Source: Yuukianura sp. NJ FZ-2021 (Eukaryota). From it: a stretch of DNA of 64,000 nt. Of this stretch, positions 28,501 through 42,000 are shown piece by piece (the stretch's first letter is position 1; every line of letters starts with the position of its first letter). The notes under the pieces are model-generated. The model was not told the DNA's origin, made no database searches, and saw only the letters and a program-made list of their open reading frames with translations. The stretch covers positions 1,798,001-1,862,000 of the forward strand of contig CM102287.1 of the NCBI GenBank assembly GCA_046563655.1, read 5' to 3'. Both the position numbers and the translations under genes were made by a program.

Positions 28501-31500
28501 ATTCACCGGCACTTCTCGTTTGTGCTCAAAGATGAACCCTGACAACAAGTGGTTTACTGGGTGATTTTGTCGTTGATACACTACGACAAAGTGGACCGGT
28601 ATTTGATGCATAACATAAAGATGGTTATCAACGGTAACAAAGGTAAATTCCATGTTTTAGTGTTTCAGGCTTTGTTGTATAGTTCACCCATTAGTTAAAC
28701 CTAAATGGCTATTAGATTTATGCACTTGTTGCATAGTAGAGTTCTGCTAAAATAGAATTTAGGACTGTTTTTGGACACAAGTTATTTAGATGTCCTTCAT
28801 TTGATGCGTACGATGTTAGTAAAACATACAAAAGTATTTCGTAAAAATTCCAACCAATAATAGCAAATAATGTTGAATGTTCAATTTTGATTTGGAAAGC
28901 GTCATAATCGAATATTCCCTGAAATTCCATAAGCAACTGAGTGATCGTGATTGTTAGTATCATGGTGAGAACTCCTGGTTGGAATCTGGAGTGAGGGCAA
29001 GCTCGACATTTCACCGGCACTTCTCGCTTGGGCTCAAAGGTGAACCCTGACAACAAGTGGTTCACTGGGTGATTTTGTCGTTGATGTAGTACGACAAAGT
29101 GGACCGGTATTTGATGCATAACATAAAGATGGTTATCAACGGTAACAAAGGTAAATTCCATGTTTTAGTGTTTCAGGCTTTGTTGTATAGTTCACCCTTT
29201 AGTTAAACCTTAATGGCTATTAGATTTATGCACTTGTTGCATAGTAGAGTTGTGCTAAAATAGAATTTCGGACTGTTTTTGGACACAAGTTATTTAGATG
29301 TCCTTTATTTGATGCGAAAGATGTTAGTAAAACATACAAAAGTATTTCGTAAAAATTCCAACCAATAATAGCAAATAATGTTGAATGTTCAATTTTGATT
29401 TGGAAAGCGTCATAATCGAATATTCCCTGAAATTCCATAAGCAACTGAGTGATCGTGATTGTTAGTATCAAGGTGAGAACTCCTGGTTGGAATCTGGAGT
29501 GAGGGCAAGCTCGACATTTCACCGGCACTTCTCGTTTGGGCTCAAAGGTGAACCCTGACAACAAGTGGTTCACTGGGTGATTTTGTCGTTGATGTAGTAC
29601 GACAAAGTGGACCGGTATTTGATGCATAACATAAAGATGGTTATCAACGGTAACAAAGGTAAATTCCATGTTTTAGTGTTTCAGGCTTTGTTGTATAGTT
29701 CACCCATTAGTTAAACCTAAATGACTATTAGATTTATGCACTTGTTGCATAGTAGAGTAGTGCTAAAATAAAATTTCGGACTGTTTTTGGACACAAGTTA
29801 TTTAGATGTCCTTTATTTGATGTGAACGATGTTAGTAAAACATACAAAAGTATTTCCTAAAAATTCCAACCAATAATAGCAAATAATGTTGAATATTCAA
29901 TTTTGATTTGGAAAGTGTTATAATCGAATATTCCTTGAAATTCCACAGGCAACTGAGTGATCGTGATTCCTAGTATCAAAGTGAGAACTCCTAGTTGGAA
30001 TCTGGAGTGAGGGCAAGCTCGACATTTCACCGGCACTTCTCGTTTGGGCTCAAAGGTGAACCCTGACAACAAGTGGTTCACTGGGTGATTTTGTCGTTGA
30101 TGTAGTACGACAAAGTGGACCGGTATTTGATGCATAACATAAAGATGGTTATCAACGGTAACAAAGGTAAATTCCATGTTTTAGTGTTTCAGGCTTTGTT
30201 GTATAGTTCACCCATTAGTTAAACCTAAATGACTATTAGATTTATGCACTTGTTGCATAGTAGAGTAGTGCTAAAATAGAATTTCGGACTGTTTTTGGAC
30301 ACAAGTTATTTAGATGTCCTTTATTTGATGCGAACGATGTTAGTAAAACATACAAAAGAATTTCCTAAAAATTCCAACCAATAATAGCAAATAATGTTGA
30401 ATGTTCAATTTTGATTTGGAAAGTGTTATAATCGAATATTCCTTGAAATTCCACAGGCAACTGAGTGATCGTGATTCCTAGTATCAAAGTGAGAACTCCT
30501 AGTTGGTATCTGGAGTGAGGGCAAGCTCGACATTTCACCGGCACTTCTCGTTTGGGCTCAAAGGTGAACCATGACAACAAGTGGTTCACTGGGTGATTTT
30601 GTCGTTGATGTAGTACGACAAAGTGGACCGGTATTTGATGCATAACATAAAGATGGTTATCAACGGTAACAAAGGCAAATTCCATGTTTTAGTGTTTCAG
30701 GCTTTGTTGTATAGTTCACCCATTAGTTAAACCTAAATGAGTATTAGATTTATGCACTTGTTGCATAGTAGAGTAGTGCTAAAATAGAATTTCGGACTGT
30801 TTTTGGACACAAGTTATTTAGATGTCCTTTATTTGATGCGAACGATGTTAGTAAAACATACAAAAGAATTTCCTAAAAATTCCAACCAATAATAGCAAAT
30901 AATGTTGAATATTCAATTTTGATTTGGAAAGTGTTATAATCGAATATTCCTTGAAATTCCACAGGCAACTGAGTGATCGTGATTCCTAGTATCAAAGTGA
31001 GAACTCCTGGTTGGTATCTGGAGTGAGGGCAAGCTCGACATTTCACCGGCACTTCTCGTTTGTGCTCAAAGATGAACCCTGACAACAAGTGGTTCACTGG
31101 GTGATTTTGTCGTTGATGTAGTACGACAAAGTGGACCGGTATTTGATGCATAACATAAAGATGGTTATCAACGGTAACAAAGGTAAATTCCATGTTTTAG
31201 TGTTTCAGGCTTTGTTGTATAGTTCACCCATTAGTTAAACCTAAATGACTATTAGATTTATGCACTTGTTGCATAGTAGAGTAGTGCTAAAATAAAATTT
31301 CGGACTGTTTTTGGACACAAGTTATTTAGATGTCCTTTATTTGATGTGAACGATGTTAGTAAAACATACAAAAGTATTTCCTAAAAATTCCAACCAATAA
31401 TAGCAAATAATGTTGAATATTCAATTTTGATTTGGAAAGTGTTATAATCGAATATTCCTTGAAATTCCACAGGCAACTGAGTGATCGTGATTCCTAGTAT

Positions 31501-34500
31501 CAAAGTGAGAACTCCTAGTTGGTATCTGGAGTGAGGGCAAGCTCGACATTTCACCGGCACTTCTCGTTTGGGCTCAAAGGTGAACCCTGACAACAAGTGG
31601 TTCACTGGGTGATTTTGTCGTTGATGTAGTACGACAAAGTGGACCGGTATTTGATGCATAACATAAAGATGGTTATCAACGGTAACAAAGGTAAATTCCA
31701 TGTTTTAGTGTTTCAGGCTTTGTTGTATAGTTCACCCATTAGTTAAACCTAAACGACTGTTAGATTTATGCACTTGTAGCATAGTAGAGTTGTGCTAAAA
31801 TAAAATTTCGGATTGTTGTTGGACACAAGTTATTAAGATGTCCTTTATTTGAAGTGAACGATGTTAGTAAAACATACAAAAGTATTTCGTAAAAATTCCA
31901 ACCAATAATTGCAAATAATGGTGAATGTTCAATTTTTATTTGGAAAGTGTTATAATCGAATATTCCCTGAAATTCCATAGGCAACTGAGTGATCGTGATT
32001 CCTAGTATCAAAGTGAGAACTCCTGGTTGGTATCTGGAGTGAGGGCAAGCTCGACATTTCACAGGCACTTCTCGTTTGTGCTCAAAGATGAACCCTGACA
32101 ACAAGTGGTTCACTGGGTGATTTTGTCGTTGATGCAGTACGACAAAGTGGACCGGTATTTGATGCATAACATAAAGATGGTTATCAACGGTAACAAAGGT
32201 AAATTCCATGTTTTAGTGTTTCAGGCTTTGTTGTATAGTTCACCACTTAGTTAAACCTAAATGACTGTTAGATTTATGCACTTGTTGCATAGTAAAGTTA
32301 GTGCTAAAATAAAATTTCGGATTGTTTTTGGACACAAGTTATTAAGATGTCCTTTATTTGAAGCTGAACGATGTTAGTAAAACATACAAAAGTATTTCGT
32401 AAAAATTCCAACCAATAATTGCAAATAATGGTGAATGTTCAATTTTGATTTGGAAAGTGTTATAATCGAATATTCCCTGAAATTCCATAGGCAACTGAGT
32501 GATCGTGATTCCTAGTATCAAAGGTGAGAACTCCTGGTTGGTATCTGGAGTGAGGACAAGCTCGACATTTCACCGGCACTTCTCGTTTGTGCTCAAAGAT
32601 GAACCCTGACAACAAGTGGTTCACTTTGGTGATTTTGTCGTTGATGTAGTACGACAAAGTGGACCGGTATTTGATGCATAACATAAAGATGGTTATCAAC
32701 GGTAACAAAGGTAAATTCCATGTTTTAGTGTTTCAGGCTTTGTTGTATAGTTCACCCATTAGTTAAACCTAAATGGCTATTAGATTTATGCACTTGTTGC
32801 ATAGTAGAGTAGTGCTAAAATAAAATTTCGGACTGTTTTTGGACACAAGTTATTTAGATGTCCTTTATTTGATGTGAACGATGTTAGTAAAACATACAAA
32901 AGTATTTCCTAAAAATTCCAACCAATAATAGCAAATAATGTTGAATGTTCAATTTTGATTTGGAAAGTGTTATAATCGAATATTCCCTGAAATTCCATAG
33001 GCAACTGAGTGATCGTGATTCCTAGTATCAAAGTGAGAACTCCTGGTTTGTATCTGGAGTGAAGGCAAGCTCGACATTTCACCGGCACTTCTCGTTTGTG
33101 CTCAAAGGTGAACCCTGACAACAAGTGGTTCACTGGGTGATTTTGTCGTTGATGCAGTACGACAAAGTGGACCGGTATTTGATGCATAAGATAAAGATGG
33201 TTATCAACGGTAACAAAGGTAAATTCCATGTTTTAGTGTTTCAGGCTTTGTTGTATAGTTCACCCATTAGTTAAACCTAAATGCCTGTTAGATTTATGCA
33301 CTTGTAGCATAGTAGAGTTGTGCTAAAATAAAATTTCGGATTGTTGTTGGACACAAGTTATTCAGATGTCCTTTATTTGAAGTGAACGATGTTAGTAAAA
33401 CATACAAAAGTATTTCATAAAAATTCCAACCAATAATTGCAAATAATGGTGAATGTTCAATTTTTATTTGGAAAGTGTTATAATCGAATATTCCCTGAAA
33501 TTCCATAGGCAACTGAGTGATCGTGATTCCTAGTATCAAAGTGAGAACTCCTGGTTGGTATCTGGAGTGAGGGCAAGCTCGACATTTCACCGGCACTTCT
33601 CGTTTGTGCTCAAAGATGAACCCTGACAACAAGTGGTTCACTGGGTGATTTTGTCGTTGATACACTACGACAAAGTGGACCGGTATTTGATGCATACAAT
33701 GAAGATGGTTATCAACGGTAACAAAGGTAAATTCCATGTTTTAGTGTTTCAGGCTTTGTTGTATAGTTCACCCATTAGTTAAACCTAAATGCCTGTTAGA
33801 TTTATGCACTTGTAGCATAGTAAAGTTGTGCTAAAATAAAATTTCGGATTGTTGTTGGACACAAGTTATTTAAGATGTCCTTTATTTGAAGTGAACGATG
33901 TTAGTAAAACATACAAAAGTATTTCGTAAAAATTCCAACCAATAATTGCAAATAATGGTGAATGTTCAATTTTTATTTGGAAAGTGTTATAATCGAATAT
34001 TCCCTGAAATTCCATAGGCAACTGAGTGATCGTGATTCCTAGTATCAAAGTGAGAACTCCTAGTTGGTATCTGGAGTGAGGGCAAGCTCGACATTTCACC
34101 GGCACTTCTCGCTTGGGCTCAAAGGTGAACCCTGACAACAAGTGGTTCACTGGGTGATTTTGTCGTTGATGTAGTACGACAAAGTGGACCGGTATTTGAT
34201 GCATAACATAAAGATGGTTATCAACGGTAACAAAGGTAAATTCCATGTTTTAGTGTTTCAGGCTTTGTTGTATAGTTCACCACTTAGTTAAACCTAAATG
34301 ACTGTTAGATTTATGCACTTGTTGCATAGTAAAGTTGTGCTAAAATAAAATTTCGGATTGTTTTTGGACACAAGTTATTAAGATGTCCTTTATTTGAAGT
34401 GAACGATGTTAGTAAAACATACAAAAGTATTTCTTCAAAATTCCAACCAATAATTGCAAATAATGGTGAATGTTCAATTTTTATTTGGAAAGTGTTATAA

Positions 34501-37500
34501 TCGAATATTCCCTGAAATTCCATAGGCAACTGAGTGATCGTGATTCCTAGTATCAAAGTGAGAACTCCTGGTTGGTATCTGGAGTGAGGACAAGCTCGAC
34601 ATTTCACAGGCACTTCTCGTTTGTGCTCAAAGATGAACCCTGACAACATGTGGTTCACTTTGTGATTTTGTCGTTGATGCAGTACGACAAAGTGGACCGG
34701 TATTTGATGCATAACATAAAGATGGTTATCAACGGTAACAAAGGTAAATTCCATGTTTTAGTGTTTCAGGCTTTGTTGTATAGTTCACCACTTAGTTAAA
34801 CCTAAATGACTGTTAGATTTATGCACTTGTTGCATAGTAAAGTTGTGCTAAAATAAAATTTCGGATTGTTTTTGGACACAAGTTATTAAGATGTCCTTTA
34901 TTTGAAGTGAACGATGTTAATAAAACATACAAAAGTATTTCGTAAAAATTCCAACCAATAATTGCAAATAATGGTGAATGTTCAATTTTTATTTGGAAAG
35001 TGTTATAATCGAATATTCCCTGAAATTCCATAGGCAACTGAGTGATCGTGATTCCTAGTATCAAAGTGAGAACTCCTGGTTGGTATCTGGAGTGAGGACA
35101 AGCTCGACATTTCACAGGCACTTCTCGTTTGTGCTCAAAGATGAACCCTGACAACATGTGGTTCACTTTGTGATTTTGTCGTTGATGCAGTACGACAAAG
35201 TGGACCGGTATTTGATGCATAACATAAAGATGGTTATCAACGGTAACAAAGGTAAATTCCATGTTTTAGTGTTTCAGGCTTTGTTGTATAGTTCACCACT
35301 TAGTTAAACCTAAATGACTGTTAGATTTATGCACTTGTTGCATAGTAAAGTTGTGCTAAAATAAAATTTCGGATTGTTTTTGGACACAAGTTATTAAGAT
35401 GTCCTTTATTTGAAGTGAACGATGTTAGTAAAACATACAAAAGTATTTCGTAAAAATTCCAACCAATAATTGCAAATAATGGTGAATGTTCAATTTTTAT
35501 TTGGAAAGTGTTATAATCGAATATTCCCTGAAATTCCATAGGCAACTGAGTGATCGTGATTCCTAGTATCAAAGTGAGAACTCCTGGTTGGTATCTGGAG
35601 TGAGGGCAAGCTCGACATTTCACCGGCACTTCTCGTTTGTGCTCAAAGATGAACCCTGACAACATGTGGTTCACTGGGTGATTTTGTCGTTGATGCAGTA
35701 CGACAAAGTGGACCGGTATTTGATGCATAACATAAAGATGGTTATCAACGGTAACAAAGGTAAATTCCATGTTTTAATGTTTCAGGCTTTGTTGTATAGT
35801 TCACCACTTAGTTAAACCTAAATGACTGTTAGATTTATGCACTTGTTGCATAGTAAAGTTGTGCTAAAATAAAATTTCGGATTGTTTTTGGACACAAGTT
35901 ATTAAGATGTCCTTTATTTGAAGTGAACGATGTTAGTAAAACATACAAAAGTATTTCGTAAAAATTCCAACCAATAATTGCAAATAATGGTGAATGTTCA
36001 ATTTTTATTTGGAAAGTGTTATAATCGAATATTCCCTGAAATTCCATAGGCAACTGAGTGATCGCGATTCCTAGTATCAAAGTGAGAACTCCTGGTTGGT
36101 ATCTGGAGTGAGGGCAAGCTCGACATTTCACCGGCACTTCTCGTTTGGGCTCAAAGGTGAACCCTGACAACAAGTGGTTCACTGGGTGATTTTGTCGTTG
36201 ATGTAGTACGACAAAGTGGACCGGTATTTGATGCATAACATAAAGATGGTTATCAACGGTAACAAAGGTAAATTCCATGTTTTAGTGTTTCAGGCTTTGT
36301 TGTATAGTTCACCACTTAGTTAAACCTAAATGACTGTTAGATTTATGCACTTGTTGCATAGTAAAGTTGTGCTAAAATAAAATTTCGGATTGTTTTTGGA
36401 CACAAGTTATTAAGATGTCCTTTATTTGAAGTGAACGATGTTAGTAAAACATACAAAAGTATTTCGTAAAAATTCCAACCAATAATTGCAAATAATGGTG
36501 AATGTTCAATTTTTATTTGGAAAGTGTTATAATCGAATATTCCCTGAAATTCCATAGGCAACTGAGTGATCGTGATTCCTAGTATCAAAGTGAGAACTCC
36601 TGGTTGGTATCTGGAGTGAGGACAAGCTCGACATTTCACAGGCACTTCTCGTTTGTGCTCAAAGATGAACCCTGACAACATGTGGTTCACTTTGTGATTT
36701 TGTCGTTGATGCAGTACGACAAAGTGGACCGGTATTTGATGCATAACATAAAGATGGTTATCAACGGTAACAAAGGTAAATTCCATGTTTTAGTGTTTCA
36801 GGCTTTGTTGTATAGTTCACCACTTAGTTAAACCTAAATGACTGTTAGATTTATGCACTTGTTGCATAGTAAAGTTGTGCTAAAATAAAATTTCGGATTG
36901 TTTTTGGACACAAGTTATTAAGATGTCCTTTATTTGAAGTGAACGATGTTAATAAAACATACAAAAGTATTTCGTAAAAATTCCAACCAATAATTGCAAA
37001 TAATGGTGAATGTTCAATTTTTATTTGGAAAGTGTTATAATCGAATATTCCCTTGAAATTCCATAGGCAACTGAGTGATCGTGATTCCTAGTATCAAAGT
37101 GAGAACTCCTGGTTGGTATCTGGAGTGAGGACAAGCTCGACATTTCACCGGCACTTCTCGTTTGTGCTCAAAGATGAACCCTGACAACATGTGGTTCACT
37201 GTGTGATTTTGTCGTTGATGCAGTACGACAAAGTGGACCGGTATTTGATGCATAACATAAAGATGGTTATCAACGGTAACAAAGGTAAGTTCCATGTTTT
37301 AGTGGTTCAGGCTTTGTTGTATAGTTCACCCATTAGTTAAACCTAAATGATTGTTAGATTTATGCACTTGTAGCATAGTAGAATTGTGCGAAAGTAAAAT
37401 TTTGGATTGTTGTTGGACACAAGTTATTCAGATGTCCTTTAGTTGAAGTGAACGATGTTAGTAAAACATACAAAAGTATTTCCTAAAAATTCCAACCAAT

Positions 37501-38965
37501 AATAGCAAATAATGTTGAATGTTCAATTTTGATTTAGAAAATGTTATAATCGAATATTCCTTGAAATTCCATAGACAACTGAGTGATCGTGATTTCTAGT
37601 ATCAAAGTGAGAACTCCTGGTTTGTATCTGGAGTTAGGGCAAGCTCGACATTTCACCGGCACTTCTCGTTTGTGCTCAAAGATGAACCCTGACAACATGT
37701 GGTTCACTGGATGATTTTGTCGTTGATGCAGTACGACAAAGTGGACCGGTATTTGATGCATAAGATAAAGATGGTTATCAACGGTAACAAAGGTAAATTC
37801 CATGTTTTAGTGTTTCAGGCTTTGTTGTATAGTTCACCACTTAGTTAAACCTAAATGACTGTTAGATTTATGCACTTGTTGCATAGTAAAGTTGTGCTAA
37901 AATAAAATTTCGGATTGTTTTTGGACACAAGTTATTTAAGATGTCCTTTATTTGAAGTGAACGATGTTAGTAAAACATACAAAAGTATTTCGTAAAAATT
38001 CCAACCAATAATTGCAAATAATGGTGAATGTTCAATTTTTATTTGGAAAGTGTTATAATCGAATATTCCCTGAAATTCCATAGGCAACTGAGTGATCGTG
38101 ATTCCTAGTATCAAAGTGAGAACTCCTGGTTGGTATCTGGAGTGAGGGCAAGCTCGACATTTCACCGGCAGTTCTCGTTTGTGCTCAAAGATGAACCCTG
38201 ACAACATGTGGTTCACTGGGTGATTTTGTCGTTGATGCAGTACGACAAAGTGGACCGGTATTTGATGCATAACATAAAGATGGTTATCAACGGTAACAAA
38301 GGTAAATTCCATGTTTTAATGTTTCAGGCTTTGTTGTATAGTTCACCACTTAGTTAAACCTAAATGACTGTTAGATTTATGCACTTGTTGCATAGTAAAG
38401 TTGTGCTAAAATAAAATTTCGGATTGTTTTTGGACACAAGTTATTAAGATGTCCTTTATTTGAAGTGAACGATGTTAGTAAAACATACAAAAGTATTTCG
38501 TAAAAATTCCAACCAATAATTGCAAATAATGGTGAATGTTCAATTTTTATTTGGAAAGTGTTATAATCGAATATTCCCTGAAATTCCATAGGCAACTGAG
38601 TGATCATGATTCCTAGTGTCAAAGTGAGAACTCCTGGTTGGTATCTGGAGTGAGGACAAGCTCGACATTTCACAGGCACTTCTCGTTTGTGCTCAAAGAT
38701 GAACCCTGACAACATGTGGTTCACTTTGTGATTTTGTCGTTGATGCAGTACGACAAAGTGGACCGGTATTTGATGCATAACATAAAGATGGTTATCAACG
38801 GTAACAAAGGTAAATTCCATGTTTTAGGGTTTCAGGCTTTGTTGTATAGTTCACCCATTAGTTAAACCTAAATGGCTATTAGATTTATGCACTTGTTGCA
38901 TAGTAGAGTTGTGCTAAAATAAAATTTCGGACTGTTTTTGGACACAAGTTATTTAGATGTCCTTT
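1538..38965. repeat. 508-bp tandem satellite array, about 74 highly similar head-to-tail monomers
   Basis: Minus-strand ORF starts recur every 508 (occasionally 509) bp. Monomers differ mainly at a limited set of recurrent biallelic sites. Confidence 0.98.
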
Positions 38966-39023
38966 AGTAGCATGATTAGTCTATCCAAGAACGTAAAACG
39001 TTTTAGTTTCGTTGTGTGACTCA
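38966..39023 (+). repeat. Left terminal inverted repeat
   Basis: AGTAGCATGATTAGTCTATCCAAGAACGTAAAACGTTTTAGTTTCGTTGTGTGACTCA, containing the palindrome TAAAACGTTTTA. Confidence 0.92.
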
Positions 39024-42000
39024 AGGTAAATTTGCGTTCCGGATACCGCCCAAAGAGCAAGCACCAGAAAATGTTACTTCCTGGAGCAGGTTTCGAAACT
39101 TGATTGCAGGTAGCGCTCCTTCGCGGTAGTTTTTCAGAACGAGATGCTTCACTTTTGCGTTCTTCATGTGCGGCGGAAGCCAGTTGTTGTAGCATACAAG
39201 TTTCCACAACGCTAACCTAAACAAAAGAAACCTTTGGAACAAACTAAATTTTTCAACCGAAGTGTTATGTGACATACCTGTCAACCCGACTTTTCCATTC
39301 CCTTGACACAAGTCGCATCGTGTTGAGCTCATTATTGCTCAAATACGACAACACAAGGGCCATCATCTACACAAAGAATTGGTGGATACAGAAATATCAA
39401 AATCTTGCATATAAGCAGCATGGTTAGTGTGGCCAAGAACATAAAACGTTTTTGGTTCGTCAGTTGAGTCATAGAAATAGTCATTAATAAGTCAATTAAG
39501 AATGCAAGGTCAGTTTCAAAGTATGTTCTTTGAATGACAGGTTATCTTAAAACTGAAAGTCTGTGTTAGGTTTTAGGTTTAGGTTCCGAAGGCTTTTAAG
39601 TGAATCATTGGTCCAAAGTCCGATTTTTTTCATAGACACAAGGACAGTGGTGAGTCATTTTGGAATGTGTGAACATGAGAGTACAAAGTCCAGACGACTC
39701 TTGCAGTGACTCACCGACTTTGCCCGAGTCACACCAAATCTTGACGAATCTCACCGACTCCAGCCGAGTTTCACCGACTTTTGCCGAGTCTCACAGACTC
39801 TTGCCGACTCACGTCGACTTCTGGTCGGAAGCTTAGCTGTAACTAGACGGTTCGGAATACTTCTGAGCTGTGCTTTACCGACACATCTAGGCATCGAACC
39901 GAGTCGAGCTGAGATTTGCGTTAATCTTCATAATTCCTTCCGGTAGAGATAAAAGTGGGGTAGCATGGGAACCAATTCCTCGGATTTATATTTTCACTCA
40001 GACTGTAGTACAATGAAGAGAAAAGTGTGTCAATGCACAATATAATTTTGTGTTTAGTTAACGCACCCACCATCTCATTAGGTTCTTACATTGTATTCCC
40101 AACCATCCCACCACATTACATTAATTCAATGAGAGATATGCGGCGTAAAAGTGTCAAGAGACAGCACGGCTTCAAGTATAAATACGGTGATTTTAAAGAT
40201 CCCCAGAACTCGTTTCGTAATATGTGGGTATGTTTGTGTGGTGTATGGAAAAGAAGAGTGTGTGTTTATTGGGCCGATTCTATGTGAGAAAGAGAATGAA
40301 GTGCTTGAGAGAGCTCTTTGATTTTCGCTGGGGATGTCTGTATCCCGGCTTTCGTGAGAACGAAACCAACGTAGTCCAGGGACTTTTTCAAAAACTGGCA
40401 TTTAGGCTTGGATAGCCGGTAATTTGCCTCTCGCATTCGCTGCAGTATCATGGCCAGAGTTTGTAGGTGCTCTCGTTCCGTGCGACCGCTACAAACTGAA
40501 TCGTCCATAAAGGAACCGGACATGGGTATAGATTTCAAGAGTGTATCCATGAATTCTTGAAAGATCGCTGGGGATGAGGCAATGCCTTGGGGCAAGACAT
40601 TGTATCTATACAGTCCACGGTGTGTGTTTATGACGAGGCAGGACTTGCATGAGTCCTCCAATTCCACTTGGTGGAATGCATCTGGGCCATCAAGCCGTGA
40701 GAATGTTTCACCTCCTGAGACAAGTGAGAACAGTTCCTCCACGCGCTGTAAAGGATATTGGGTAACGTTCAGCTGGGCATTGACCGTGTGCTTAAAATCT
40801 CCGGTAATGCGTACACGTCCATTTGCTTTGGGAACAACAACAACTGGAGAGGCCCAATCGGAATGTTCGATTCGCGAAATGACGCCTGTCTTCTCCATTG
40901 TATCTAATTCCGCGTCTACCTTGCTGCGCAGAGCGAAGGGTATGGGACGGGCTTTGTAAAATTTTGGGACAGCATTGTCTTTCAGAATGACCTTTGCTTT
41001 AAATCCACGGATAGTCCCGTTAACCGGACCAAAAACGTCTGCGTACTCGTCTAGTAGAGCGTTAAGTGTCCATTGCTTGGGCAAATTGGGGGATACATTG
41101 TGACAGCGGGACTGGTCGACAAGTGCTATCTCCATTCCAAAGAGCCGTGTAAGATCTCTGCCAAAGAGACTCTTACCTTTTGAAACTGCAAATGTGTAAT
41201 TGCGTGAAATACCCTGATAGTTCACCTTGACCTCTAGTTCCCCGAGATGTTTGAACTTTTCGTCTGTGAAAGTACGGAAAACTTGACTCGACTTCCGTAG
41301 GGGTGGGGATCCAAGGGAGTTCCGCCAGAAGTTCTCGCTGAGGAGACTTGTTTTGCATCCACTGTCAAGTTCCATGACGTGGTTTACCCCGTTGATCTTG
41401 ACCAAGATCGTGTACTCGGCGTCGAGGGAGGGACCTTGCCGTACAGTATTGACATTCGAGACGTAGTTCTCCGAAGTGTCATGACCTACCGTGTGGGTTG
41501 TGTGGGGTTTCCTGCCATTCCGGCACATTTTCTTGAAGTGGCCACGTTTGCCACATGCGAAGCACTCTGCGTCCTTGTGTGGACAGTCGCGAGCGGTACT
41601 GTGGGCCTTAGAGCCGCAGTTAGGACATTGACTATTTCTGGAGGGCTGGGCTCCAGAAGGTCGGGATTGGGCGCTACCCCTCTGTGGGCCACCCCGGCCA
41701 CGCCCCCTACCACGATGTGGTGTCTGAAATGGGCGACGTGCCGTTGACGCAAAATTTACCTCTGAGGTGTTTGGATTGCGTATAACCATTGCACTGGTGT
41801 CCGCAGCTTCGTGCGACACCGCGACCTTGAGAACCTCCTCCAAGGTCACCTCATCCTCTTTAGTGAAGACCGCCTTCTGGGCACGCTCGCTTGTTAAGCC
41901 AAAGATAAATTGGTCTCTTAAGTGGTTTGGGAGGTTGGTACCAAACTTGCATGTAATCGCCATTTTTCGCAGGGCTGCGAGAAATGCGGATACGGATTCG

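Noticed and set aside
1538..38965. CRISPR array or prokaryotic repeat system
   Set aside because: The units are full-length 508-bp near-identical repeats with no unique spacers or cas genes, and the context is eukaryotic.
1538..38965. Satellite-encoded hammerhead ribozyme, 5S rRNA, snRNA or spliced-leader RNA
   Set aside because: I found no CUGANGA core with a matching GAAA on either strand and no recognisable 5S or U-snRNA sequence. AAAG|GTAAAT looks like a donor site but no convincing Sm site follows. An Rfam scan would settle it.
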